Both the position numbers and the translations under genes were made by a program. A stretch of DNA of 64,000 bases from Methylibium sp. (GTDB lineage: Bacteria; Pseudomonadota; Gammaproteobacteria; Burkholderiales; Burkholderiaceae_C): NCBI GenBank assembly GCA_031414975.1, contig JANOQS010000123.1, positions 1,155 through 65,154 of the forward strand. The letters are read 5' to 3'. Shown one piece after another: positions 28,964 through 37,505 of this stretch; position 1 is the stretch's first letter, and each line of letters opens with the position of its first letter. The notes under the pieces were generated by a model, which searched no databases, had not been told where the DNA came from, and saw only the letters and a list, made by a program, of their open reading frames with translations.

Positions 28964-29986
28964 TCAGGTGCTCTGTCGCACGATCAGTTCATAGCCGACG
29001 TCCACGCACGGCGAGGGCGGGGTCTCGCCATTCATCAGCGTCAGCAGCATGCGCGCCGCCGCCGTGCCGATCTCGGCACGCGGTGTCCGCACGGTGGTGA
29101 GTGGCGGCAGCATCTGATCGCTGCCGGTCAGGTCGTTGAAGCCCGCGACGGCCACGCGCTGTGGCACGGCCATGCCCAGGCGCAACGCGCTCAGCAGCGC
29201 GCCTTGCGCAAGGTCGTCGTTGCAGAAGAAGACGGCATCGACCGGCGGGACCTGGGCGACGATCTGTTCGAACATCGTGCCGCCCAGCGCCAGCGACGAA
29301 GGCGCGGGGTTCAGCCATTCCAAGGTCGGCGCATGCAGGCCGGCCGCCTGCATCACGCGGCGCCAGCCCTCGAGCCGCTGGAGCGTGCGCGCATCGAGCT
29401 GGGCGGCGGCGAAGGCAATGCGGCGGCGGCCGCGGTCGAGCAGGTGGCGCGTCAAAGCGGCCGCGGCATCGGACTGCGAGAAGCCAACGCTGTACACGCC
29501 CGGCGCGCTCGACGTCTCCATCAGGTGCACACACGGTACGCCGCTGCCTTCAAGCAGTTCGCGCGTCGCGTCGCTGCGTTCCAGCCCGGTCACGAGCAGC
29601 CCTGCCGGCCGGTGCATGAGCTGCTCGCGCAGCAACTGCTGTTCTTCGCCGGCGTCGTAGTGAGTCACGCCTATCAGCGTCTGGTAGCCCGCCCGTCGGA
29701 GCGTTCCCTGCACGCCTTCGAGCACGTCAACGAACAGCGCGTTCGACAGCATCGGGATCAGCAGCACCACGTGTGCGCTGTGTCGCGACGCCAGCGCGCG
29801 GGCCGCCGGATCGGGGACGTAACTCAGGCGATCGGCCGCCGCCTTGACCCGCGCGACCAGCCCGGGATCGACCGCCCGTTCGCCGCGCAGCGCCCGCGAC
29901 ACGGTGATGGGGCTGACGCCGGCCAGGCTGGCCACGTCTGCGAGCGTCACCCGGCCGTGGGCGCGGGGTCGAACGGGGGTGGGCAT
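28964..29986 (-). CDS. gntR: LacI-family transcriptional repressor (GntR-type gluconate regulator)
   Basis: HTH VTLADVASLAGVSPITVSRAL plus a periplasmic-binding-like domain. Divergent from the tctC-like and gntK genes. Confidence 0.8.
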   Translation of the reverse strand: MPTPVRPRAHGRVTLADVASLAGVSPITVSRALRGERAVDPGLVARVKAAADRLSYVPDPAARALASRHSAHVVLLIPMLSNALFVDVLEGVQGTLRRAGYQTLIGVTHYDAGEEQQLLREQLMHRPAGLLVTGLERSDATRELLEGSGVPCVHLMETSSAPGVYSVGFSQSDAAAALTRHLLDRGRRRIAFAAAQLDARTLQRLEGWRRVMQAAGLHAPTLEWLNPAPSSLALGGTMFEQIVAQVPPVDAVFFCNDDLAQGALLSALRLGMAVPQRVAVAGFNDLTGSDQMLPPLTTVRTPRAEIGTAAARMLLTLMNGETPPSPCVDVGYELIVRQST

Positions 29987-30022
29987 GAAGTTGGACCAGA
30001 AAAGTCTGGCTGGACTGTATCA

Positions 30023-30036
30023 GGATAGCGTTGTCC
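30023..30036. promoter_or_regulatory. LacI-type operator copy 1
   Basis: GGATAGCGTTGTCC, an imperfect copy of the palindrome at 30159. Confidence 0.5.
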
Positions 30037-30158
30037 CGAAAAGCAGGCGACGTGCCAGCCGATTCGACATGTGCGGGTTCCTGGGCTGGCCAAAAGGGCG
30101 ACCACTCCCCTGGAAATGCGAACGTATCGACGATTCAGGGATAACCCCTATTACTATT

Positions 30159-30188
30159 GGACAGCGCTGTCCTAAGATAGCGCTGTCC
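30159..30188. promoter_or_regulatory. LacI-type operator copies 2 and 3
   Basis: Perfect 14-bp palindrome GGACAGCGCTGTCC (30159-30172) and GATAGCGCTGTCC (30176-30188). Confidence 0.6.
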
Positions 30189-30244
30189 CGATGTAAACAG
30201 TCGCTTTTATGACCCGGTCGCAGACCGATTTGCCAGGAGATCTG

Positions 30245-31264
30245 ATGAAGAGCAACCAAGCTTCCACCTCGCGCCGTCTTGCCCTGCTGGGCCCGGCGGT
30301 ACTCGGCATTGCCGCGTTCACCGCGTTCACCGCGCCCGCCGCGTGGGCGCAGGCCGCGTGGCCCAGCAAGCCCGTCTCGCTGGTCGTGGGTTTCCCGCCC
30401 GGCGGCCAGACCGACTTCGCCGGCCGTGTGCTGCTGGGCGGCCTGCAGGGCGCGCTGGGCCAGGCGGTGATCATCGACAACAAGGCGGGCGTGAACGGCA
30501 ACCTCGCGGCGGTCGACGTGATGAAGGCTCAGCCCGACGGCTACAAGCTGCTCGTGGGCAACGGCTCGATGACCATCGCCTCGCACGTCTACACCACGCT
30601 GGGCATCATCGATCCGCGCCAGCTCACGCCGATCGGCGTGATGCTGCAGTCGGCACTCGTGCTCGCCGTGCCGGCAACGTCGCCCGTCAAGACCTATGCC
30701 GACTTCGTCGAGCTGGTCAAGGTGAAAGGTAAATCCGGCAAGGGCATCGACTACGGAACTGGTGGTATCGGCGCACTGCCGCACGTGACGATGGAGTTGC
30801 TGCGCGAGCGGCTTGGCAGCCCGACCATGAGCCACGTGCCCTACAAAGGCAGCAGCCCGGCCATGACCGACCTGATCGCCGGGCGCCTGGATGCGATGTT
30901 CGACGCGACCTCGGTGGTTGCGCCGTTCATCAAGTCGGGCCAGCTGCGCCCGCTGCTTGTCACCAGCGACAAGCGTGTGCCCGCGTTCCCCGACGTGCCG
31001 ACCGCCGCAGAGGCCGGCCTGAAGGACTTCAACATCATCTCGTTCATCGGCCTCTACGGCCCACCCAACCTTCCGGCTGACATCACGAAGAAAGCGAACG
31101 CCGCGCTCAACACGGCGCTCAAGGACCCGACCGTCCTGAAGGGAATCCTCGACCGCGGCGACGAGCCGGGCGGCGGCACGGCCGAACAGCTGGGCGCGCT
31201 CACGCGCAATCAGTACAAGACGTGGGGCGACGTCGTGAAGGCCAACAGCATCAAGGCGGACTGA
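30245..31264 (+). CDS. Bug-family (TctC-like) tripartite tricarboxylate transporter substrate-binding protein
   Basis: AGGAGA RBS, signal peptide, then WPSKPVSLVVGFPPGGQTD, typical of the Bug family. Confidence 0.85.
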   Translation: MKSNQASTSRRLALLGPAVLGIAAFTAFTAPAAWAQAAWPSKPVSLVVGFPPGGQTDFAGRVLLGGLQGALGQAVIIDNKAGVNGNLAAVDVMKAQPDGYKLLVGNGSMTIASHVYTTLGIIDPRQLTPIGVMLQSALVLAVPATSPVKTYADFVELVKVKGKSGKGIDYGTGGIGALPHVTMELLRERLGSPTMSHVPYKGSSPAMTDLIAGRLDAMFDATSVVAPFIKSGQLRPLLVTSDKRVPAFPDVPTAAEAGLKDFNIISFIGLYGPPNLPADITKKANAALNTALKDPTVLKGILDRGDEPGGGTAEQLGALTRNQYKTWGDVVKANSIKAD

Positions 31265-31285
31265 GCCAAGGCAGGGAGCGTGACG

Positions 31286-31783
31286 ATGACTTCTCTGGTG
31301 GTGATGGGCGTTTCGGGCTGCGGCAAGTCGCGCGTGGGGGAGGCGGTCGCCCAAGGGCTGAGGCTGCCGCTCATCGAAGGCGACGAGTTCCATCCCGAAG
31401 CGAATCGCATCCGCATGCGCGACGGCATTGCGCTGACGGACGCCGACCGAGCCGATTGGCTCGATCGCCTTGGGGCCGAACTCCAGCGACATCCGGCCGG
31501 TGCGGTGCTGACGTGTTCGGCGCTGAAGGCGTCATACCGCGACCGGCTGCGCAGCGCTTCAACGGGGCTGCGCTTCGCCTGGCTCGACCTTGATCCGGCA
31601 TCTGCCGAGGCGCGGGTCGGACAGCGGGCCGCCCACTTCTTTCCGGCGGGCCTCGTCGCCAGCCAGTTCGAGGCGCTCGAACCGCCGCTCGGCGAGCCGG
31701 GGGTGCTGCGCCTCGACGCGTTGCTGCCGCCGGAGGCGATCGCCGACCACGTCGTTCGCTGGGCGCTCGAGACGCCCCGATAA
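31286..31783 (+). CDS. gntK: Gluconokinase
   Basis: P-loop MGVSGCGKS followed by IEGDEFHP, typical of GntK. GTG 31280 is an alternative start. Confidence 0.85.
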   Translation: MTSLVVMGVSGCGKSRVGEAVAQGLRLPLIEGDEFHPEANRIRMRDGIALTDADRADWLDRLGAELQRHPAGAVLTCSALKASYRDRLRSASTGLRFAWLDLDPASAEARVGQRAAHFFPAGLVASQFEALEPPLGEPGVLRLDALLPPEAIADHVVRWALETPR

Positions 31784-31811
31784 ACGCGCACGCCGCCACG
31801 CAGCGGCCCCT

Positions 31812-31854
31812 GAAACACAAGAAAAAGGCCCCGGAGCGCTGTTGCGCCGGGGCC
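31812..31854 (-). terminator. Rho-independent terminator downstream of tRNA-Ala; may also stop gntK transcription
   Basis: 8-bp GC stem GGCCCCGG/CCGGGGCC (31827-31834 / 31847-31854), followed on the minus strand by TTTTTCTTGTGTTT. Confidence 0.6.
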
Positions 31855-31899
31855 TTCGGTACTTCAAGGCATCTCGGCGGACACCTCGGAACATTCGGG

Positions 31900-31975
<76 letters not shown>

Positions 31976-32086
31976 ACACGAGCGGCGAGTTTAGCAAATC
32001 GAGGCGTGGGCTCAAGGTCGGTCCTCTGGTGTTCAATCGGGCGGCAGGATAAAAAGGCAAGCCGCCGTTTGGCCTCAGGAGCACGC

Positions 32087-32956
32087 ATGACCCGACTCGA
32101 CCCCGCCTGGCTCGATGCCCAGTACAACAACCGCGCCCGCGTCGCCGATTCGGCGCAGATCCTGGAGCGCTGGGGGCGTGCCTCGGCGCTGGCGCGCGAG
32201 AAGTCCACCAAGCTGCTCGACGTGCCCTATGGCGACGGCGAGAAGGAAACGCTGGACATCTTCCCCACCGCACGTCCGAACGCCCCGGTGCTGGTGTACC
32301 TGCACGGCGGCTACTGGCGCGCGCTGGACAAGAGCGACTCGTCGTTCGTCGCACCTTCGTTCGTGCAGGCGGGGGCGATGGTGGTGGTGCCGAACTACGC
32401 GCTGTGCCCGGCGGTCAGCATCGAGCACATCAGCTTGCAACTGGCGCGTGCGCTGGCCTGGGTCTACCGAAACGCGCACACGCATGGCGGCGACCCGCAG
32501 CACATCGTCGTGGTCGGGCATTCGGCCGGCGGGCAACTGGCGGCCATGATGCTCAGTTGCCGCTGGCAGGCCGTCGGCACCGACCTGCCAGCGCGGCTGG
32601 TGCGCGGTGCGCTGTCGATCTCGGGCGTGTTCGACATGGAGCCGCTGCGCCAGACACCGTTCCTGAAGAGTGACCTGAGGCTCACGCCGGCGTCGGTGAA
32701 GCGCCTGAGCCCGGCCGGCTTCCCGCGCCCCGAAGGCACTTTGTATGCCACCGTCGGCGCCGACGAGAGCGAAGAATTCCTGCGCCAGAACGAGCTGATC
32801 CGCGCGGCCTGGGGCGCTCAGACCGTGCCGGTGTGCGAGGCGATCCCACGCTGCAACCACATGAACGTGCTGCACGACCTGGCCGACCCGCAGGGCCGGC
32901 TGCACCTGCTGGCGTTGCAGTTGCTGGGCCTGCCCAGCGTGCAGGCCAACCAATGA
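32087..32956 (+). CDS. Alpha/beta hydrolase (esterase/arylformamidase-like)
   Basis: HGGYW oxyanion motif and GHSAGG nucleophile elbow. Confidence 0.8.
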   Translation: MTRLDPAWLDAQYNNRARVADSAQILERWGRASALAREKSTKLLDVPYGDGEKETLDIFPTARPNAPVLVYLHGGYWRALDKSDSSFVAPSFVQAGAMVVVPNYALCPAVSIEHISLQLARALAWVYRNAHTHGGDPQHIVVVGHSAGGQLAAMMLSCRWQAVGTDLPARLVRGALSISGVFDMEPLRQTPFLKSDLRLTPASVKRLSPAGFPRPEGTLYATVGADESEEFLRQNELIRAAWGAQTVPVCEAIPRCNHMNVLHDLADPQGRLHLLALQLLGLPSVQANQ

Positions 32957-33192
32957 CTCTCCTGATCAGCGACGATCCTCAGCTGCCCCAGGGGCAGCTG
33001 CAACGCCCGCCGTCGCTGATCAAGTGAACTATTGAGGCTATTGCCGCGATAGCTGTCGAGCATGGGGTGGATTGAGCATATTTATTGGCACGCCGTCGCG
33101 GGCTGCGTTACCGTCTTCGGGTTTCGTCAGTGAATGCGCCCGGTGCATGCCGTGACGGACAAGGCTTATCACTTCAACACTAGGAGAGCGAC

Positions 33193-33612
33193 ATGGGCTT
33201 GAAAGGTACGAAGACCGAGCAGAACCTGAAGGACGCCTTCGCGGGCGAATCGCAGGCCAACCGCCGTTATCTGTATTTCGCAAACAAGGCCGACATTGAA
33301 GGCCAGAACGACGTGGCGGCGCTGTTCCGCTCCACCGCTGAAGGCGAAACTGGCCATGCGCACGGTCACCTGGAGTTCCTGGAAGCCGTGGGCGACCCGG
33401 CCACCGGCCTGCCGATCGGCTCGAGCCGCCAGAACCTGGCCGCTGCCGTGGCCGGCGAAACGCACGAGTACACCGACATGTACCCCGGCATGGCCAAGCA
33501 GGCGCGCACCGAAGGCTTCGACGAGATCGCCGACTGGTTCGAGACATTGGCCAAGGCCGAGCGCTCGCATGCGAACCGGTATCAGAAGGCGCTGGACGCC
33601 TTGGTCGACTGA
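33193..33612 (+). CDS. Rubrerythrin-family (ferritin-like diiron) protein without a rubredoxin domain
   Basis: [25 protein letters not shown] and KAERSH are paired ExxH diiron motifs. Confidence 0.85.
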   Translation: MGLKGTKTEQNLKDAFAGESQANRRYLYFANKADIEGQNDVAALFRSTAEGETGHAHGHLEFLEAVGDPATGLPIGSSRQNLAAAVAGETHEYTDMYPGMAKQARTEGFDEIADWFETLAKAERSHANRYQKALDALVD

Positions 33613-33633
33613 GGTGATCTGACGCTCAGGAAC

Positions 33634-33652
33634 GAGGGGCTTCGTGCCCCTT
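33634..33652 (+). terminator. Weak hairpin/attenuator after the rubrerythrin gene
   Basis: Stem GAGGGGC/GCCCCTT with loop TTCGT, followed by GTTCATTG. The T tract is poor. Confidence 0.3.
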
Positions 33653-33687
33653 GTTCATTGGCGAAGCAAGAAGATGCAGGAGATGGA

Positions 33688-35037
33688 ATGAGCACCCGCG
33701 AAGGCAACCTCGAAGCCCCGACCCGCCACCCGGTCGACTGGAAGAACCCGGAGTTCTACGACCAGGCTTCATGCGAGAAGGAGATGGAGCGCATCTTCGA
33801 CATCTGCCACGGTTGCCGGCGCTGCGTGAGTCTTTGCCATTCGTTCCCCACCTTGTTCGACCTGGTCGACGCCACCGCCGACGGCGAGGTCCACGGCGTG
33901 GACAAGAAGAGCTTCTGGAGCGTGGTCGACCAGTGTTATCTGTGCGACCTGTGTTACCTGACCAAGTGTCCCTACGTGCCGCCGCACGCCTGGAACCTGG
34001 ATTTCCCGCACACCATGCTGCGCGCCAAGGCCATCAAGTTCAAGAACGGCGAGGTCGGTGCGGGCGAAAAGCTGCTCGCTTCGACCGACACGCACGGCCA
34101 GTTCGCCGGCATCCCGATCGTGGTGCAGACGGTCAACGCGCTCAACAAGACGAAGCCGATGCGCAAGCTGCTCGATAGCGCGCTGCACGTGCACCCCGAT
34201 GCCTGGCTGCCCGAGCTGGCGAGCCAGCGCTTCCGCTGGAGTGCCGACAAGAAGGGCTACGCCACGGCGGTGATCAACGGCGAGCGCACCCTCGGCAAGG
34301 TGGCGATATTTTCGACCTGCTACGTCAACTACAACGAGCCGGGCATCGGCCACGACCTGGTCAAGCTGCTGAACCACAACGCCATCCCCTACGTCATCGT
34401 CGAAAAGGAAAGCTGCTGCGGCATGCCCAAGCTCGAACTCGGCGACCTGGACGGCGTCGCGAAGCACAAGGAGGCCAACATCCCGGTGCTCGCGCGCTAC
34501 GCGAAGGAGGGCTACGCCATCCTGTCGGCCATCCCGTCGTGCACCCTGATGTTCAAGCAGGAGCTGCCGCTGCTGTTCCCTGGTGACGCCGACGTGGCGG
34601 CGGTGCAGAAGGCGATGTTCGACCCCTTCGAATACCTGATGGCACGCCACAAGGACGGCCTGCTCAAGCTCGACTTCAAACAGGCACTCGGCAAGGTGAG
34701 TTACCACATCCCCTGCCACGGCCGCGTGCAGAAGATCGGCAAGAAGACCGAAGAGGTTTTCAAGCTGATCGGCCAGACCGTGGGCGTGCAGCTCAACACC
34801 GTGGAGCGCTGTTCGGGCCACGCCGGCACCTACGGCGTGAAGACGGCCTACCACGCCATCGCAATGAAGATCGGCAAGCCGGTCTTCAAGGCGATGGCCA
34901 AGGACGAGCCCGACTACATCAGCTCCGACTGCGCGCTGGCCGGCCACCACATCGCGCAGGGCATGGCGAGCAACGCGCTGCCGGCCGCCAAACTGCAGCA
35001 CCCGCTGAGCCTGGTGCGCATCGCCTACGGCCTTTGA
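33688..35037 (+). CDS. Fe-S oxidoreductase with a 4Fe-4S dicluster and CCG (heterodisulfide-reductase-like) domains
   Basis: CHGCRRCVSLC and CYLCDLCYLTKCP ferredoxin motifs. CCGMP and a second Cys-rich CCG-type region. Confidence 0.8.
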   Translation: MSTREGNLEAPTRHPVDWKNPEFYDQASCEKEMERIFDICHGCRRCVSLCHSFPTLFDLVDATADGEVHGVDKKSFWSVVDQCYLCDLCYLTKCPYVPPHAWNLDFPHTMLRAKAIKFKNGEVGAGEKLLASTDTHGQFAGIPIVVQTVNALNKTKPMRKLLDSALHVHPDAWLPELASQRFRWSADKKGYATAVINGERTLGKVAIFSTCYVNYNEPGIGHDLVKLLNHNAIPYVIVEKESCCGMPKLELGDLDGVAKHKEANIPVLARYAKEGYAILSAIPSCTLMFKQELPLLFPGDADVAAVQKAMFDPFEYLMARHKDGLLKLDFKQALGKVSYHIPCHGRVQKIGKKTEEVFKLIGQTVGVQLNTVERCSGHAGTYGVKTAYHAIAMKIGKPVFKAMAKDEPDYISSDCALAGHHIAQGMASNALPAAKLQHPLSLVRIAYGL

Positions 35038-35051
35038 CTCGGAGCCAGTCC

Positions 35052-35639
35052 ATGAGCAGCCCCATCACCAAGGACAGCCTGATGACCTTGGAGGCCTACG
35101 CCAGGATCCGCAAGACCGGCCGGCCCGAGTTCATCGTCCACCGCAAGCTGCGCAGCGTTCACCTGGGCGAGCACATCACCCTGCAGTTCGAAGACGAGAA
35201 GACGATCCGGCGCCAGATCCAGGAGATGCTGCACATCGAGAAAATCTTCGATGAAGACGGCATCCAGAGCGAGATCGACGCCTACGCCGCCCTCGTGCCT
35301 GACGGCAGCAACTGGAAGGCCACCGTGCTGATCGAGTACCCCGATGCGCACGAGCGCAAGCGCGAGCTGGCGCGCCTGATCGGCGTGGAAGACCGGCTGT
35401 TCGTCGAGGTCGAGGGCCACGCCCGCGTCTACGCCATTGCCGACGAAGACCTGGACCGCGAGAACGACGAGAAGACCTCGGCGGTGCATTTCGTGCGCTT
35501 CGAGTTCAGCAAGGCGGCGCGCGACGCGGTGCGCGCCGGCGCCGCCGTCAAGCTCGGCTGCGACCACACGCACTACCCCGCGCACATGGCGATCCCGGCC
35601 GAAACGCTGGCCAGCCTGGCCGGTGATCTGAAGGCCTGA
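35052..35639 (+). CDS. DUF3501 family protein
   Basis: GGAG lies 7 nt upstream of the ATG. 195 aa. It occupies the conserved position after the Fe-S protein. Family assignment is from memory. Confidence 0.65.
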   Translation: MSSPITKDSLMTLEAYARIRKTGRPEFIVHRKLRSVHLGEHITLQFEDEKTIRRQIQEMLHIEKIFDEDGIQSEIDAYAALVPDGSNWKATVLIEYPDAHERKRELARLIGVEDRLFVEVEGHARVYAIADEDLDRENDEKTSAVHFVRFEFSKAARDAVRAGAAVKLGCDHTHYPAHMAIPAETLASLAGDLKA

Positions 35640-35650
35640 ACGGCGGGTTC

Positions 35651-35682
35651 GTGCAGCACATGTTCAGTGCAGCACATGTTCA
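35651..35682. repeat. Perfect 16-bp tandem duplication upstream of the antitoxin gene (candidate operator)
   Basis: GTGCAGCACATGTTCA twice. Each unit contains the palindromic cores GTGC-A-GCAC and ACATGT. Confidence 0.6.
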
Positions 35683-35726
35683 CGTGTTTCTGGGTACACT
35701 GGTCTGAGTTACCGGAGGGCCTTGCA

Positions 35727-36068
35727 ATGTCGAACCTCACCATCTCTGTCGACGATCAAATCATCAAGCGGGCTCGGGTGCGCGCCATTCAACAGGGCAC
35801 ATCGCTGAGCGCGAAGGTGCGGGAGTTTTTGCAGCACTACGTGAACGAGTCCGACGATCAGTTGCAAACGCAGCGTGAACAAGCAACTGCGCGGCTGATG
35901 CAGGCCATCGAGGCCGCCACGGGGCAAACCCGGGCCCCATCGGAACCCGCCGAGCCCGGCGCACGCGCAGCGCGAGGGAGGCCCACCCTGCGGGAAGAGC
36001 TGTACCAGGGCGATTTTCGCGCCAGAGATCGGAGGGCGGTCCACGCCGGCCGAGTGAAGCAAAAGTAG
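35727..36068 (+). CDS. Type II antitoxin (RHH/VapB-like)
   Basis: MSNLTISVDDQIIKRARVRAIQQGTSLSAKVREFL is an RHH-like N-terminus. Its stop lies 3 nt before the PIN gene. Confidence 0.6.
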   Translation: MSNLTISVDDQIIKRARVRAIQQGTSLSAKVREFLQHYVNESDDQLQTQREQATARLMQAIEAATGQTRAPSEPAEPGARAARGRPTLREELYQGDFRARDRRAVHAGRVKQK

Positions 36069-36071
36069 TTC

Positions 36072-36482
36072 ATGCCGGCGTTTTTCGACACCAATGTGCT
36101 CGTTTACTGCACCGACGCGGCCGCGCCGGCCAAGCAGTCTCGCGCCCGAAGCCTGGTTGCCGGTTCGGCTGCGGCGGGGGAAGCCGTGGTGAGCACCCAG
36201 GTTCTGATCGAGCTGTTCAACGTGCTGACGCGCAAACAGAAGATGCCTCCCGCCACGGCACAGGCGTTGGCGCTGGCCTATGCGGCGTGGCCGGTGATCG
36301 TCAGCGATATGCAATTGGTCGGCGCAGCAATGGAAAAATCGGTCCGGCACCAGTTGTCGATATGGGACGCGATGGTCGTAGAGGCGGCCACCCGGGCGGA
36401 GGCTCAAACCTTGTACAGCGAAGACCTCTCGCACGGCCAGCGATTTGGATTGTTGACGGTGGTCAATCCGTTTTTGCCGTAG
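36072..36482 (+). CDS. vapC: PIN-domain toxin VapC
   Basis: FFDTNVLVY N-terminal acidic motif. 136 aa with D/E residues conserved in PIN domains. Confidence 0.85.
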   Translation: MPAFFDTNVLVYCTDAAAPAKQSRARSLVAGSAAAGEAVVSTQVLIELFNVLTRKQKMPPATAQALALAYAAWPVIVSDMQLVGAAMEKSVRHQLSIWDAMVVEAATRAEAQTLYSEDLSHGQRFGLLTVVNPFLP

Positions 36483-36591
36483 ATCACTGAACTCTCGGAA
36501 CCTGGGCGGTGACTGGGCCCGCGGGTACGTCGTCGCGAGCGATGGGCGCACTTCTTGCTGGTTTGCCGGGCATGCCAGCCCGCTGCCAGCC

Positions 36592-37194
36592 ATGACCCCC
36601 AAGCAGCCCAGCCTCCGGGTCCTGCTGATCGACGACGGGGCGCACCGCGTGCCCTTGATTCGTGACGAGCTGACGCGCCTGGGCTACGTGGTGGTGGGCG
36701 TGCTCGACTCGGCGACCCTGATCCACGACTGCGTGGTGCAACTCGCGCCCGACGTCGTGATCGTCGACAGTGAATCCCCCACGCGCGACACCTTGGAGCA
36801 TCTGGCCGCACTGTCGGCCAACAACCCCCGCCCGGTGGTGGTGTTTGCCGAAGACGACGCCGAAGACCCGCTGCGCCGTGCGCTGAAGGCCGGTGTCAGT
36901 GCCTACGTCGTGGCGGGCCTGCAGCCGCAGCGGCTCGCGCCGGTGCTGCAAGTGGCGATCCTGCGCTTCGAGCAGGACAAGGCGCTGCGCGCCGAGCTCG
37001 AAGACGCGAAAGTGCAGCTCAGCGCGCGCAAGACCATCGAGCGCGCGAAAGGCATCCTGATGGAGCACGCCGGATACACCGAAGACGCGGCGCACAAACA
37101 CCTGCGCAAGCTGGCGATGGACCGTGGCCAGAAGCTGGCCGACACGGCCGAACGCATCATCGAAGCGCGCGACCTGCTGCGCCCGGCCGGCTGA
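36592..37194 (+). CDS. nasT: Receiver-ANTAR antiterminator NasT
   Basis: Receiver domain (LIDD, VIVDS). C-terminal ANTAR KTIERAKGILMEHAGYTEDAAHKHLRKLAMD. Confidence 0.85.
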   Translation: MTPKQPSLRVLLIDDGAHRVPLIRDELTRLGYVVVGVLDSATLIHDCVVQLAPDVVIVDSESPTRDTLEHLAALSANNPRPVVVFAEDDAEDPLRRALKAGVSAYVVAGLQPQRLAPVLQVAILRFEQDKALRAELEDAKVQLSARKTIERAKGILMEHAGYTEDAAHKHLRKLAMDRGQKLADTAERIIEARDLLRPAG

Positions 37195-37215
37195 TCGACT
37201 GATCGACTGATCGAC
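37192..37215 (+). repeat. TGATCGAC x3 tandem repeat containing the nasT stop
   Basis: Three perfect 8-bp units place TGA in all three frames. Each unit carries GATC. Confidence 0.9.
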
Positions 37216-37342
37216 TTGCAGCGTCGTTGCTGCGATGCACCATTCCGGAGCCGGCCAGTGGGCCGGATTCACGTTCGCACCCCATCACGCTCGCATCTGG
37301 TGCTGCGCCGGCAAGAAGTCGCGACCCACAGGCCCATTGCGC

Positions 37343-37358
37343 TGGCACGGCTCGTGCA
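37343..37358 (+). promoter_or_regulatory. Sigma-54 (-24/-12) promoter for nrtABD
   Basis: TGGCACGGCTCGTGCA against the consensus TGGCACG-N4-TTGCA. GG and GC spacing is exact. Confidence 0.6.
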
Positions 37359-37373
37359 AGTGAAAGCTCATTC

Positions 37374-37417
37374 CGCATGCACAACGGCGTGTGCGCGGCC
37401 AGCAAACGGGCATTGGC
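37374..37417 (+). promoter_or_regulatory. Two adjacent stem-loops with hexaloops AACGGC and AAACGG (candidate ANTAR target)
   Basis: Hairpin 1 spans 37374-37397 and hairpin 2 spans 37398-37417. The 3' arm of hairpin 2 overlaps the terminator 5' arm. Confidence 0.4.
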
Positions 37418-37479
37418 GTCCGACTCTGTTTCGACCTTCATTCATGTGCGGGCCGGCGCAGTGTCGAGACGCCGTTTTT
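37415..37479 (+). terminator. Leader terminator/attenuator upstream of nrtA
   Basis: GGCGTCCGAC (37415-37424) pairs with GTCGAGACGCC (37463-37473): 10 bp with one bulge. It is followed by G-TTTTT (37475-37479). Confidence 0.5.
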
Positions 37480-37505
37480 CATTGGTCTTTCAAGGAGCAG
37501 TTGGC

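Noticed and set aside
33038-33052. CTAT-N7-ATAG palindrome upstream of the rubrerythrin gene as an OxyR/LysR-type site
   Set aside because: There is a single short palindrome with the half-sites in the inverse order of the OxyR ATAG-N7-CTAT consensus, and no second repeat. This is insufficient evidence.
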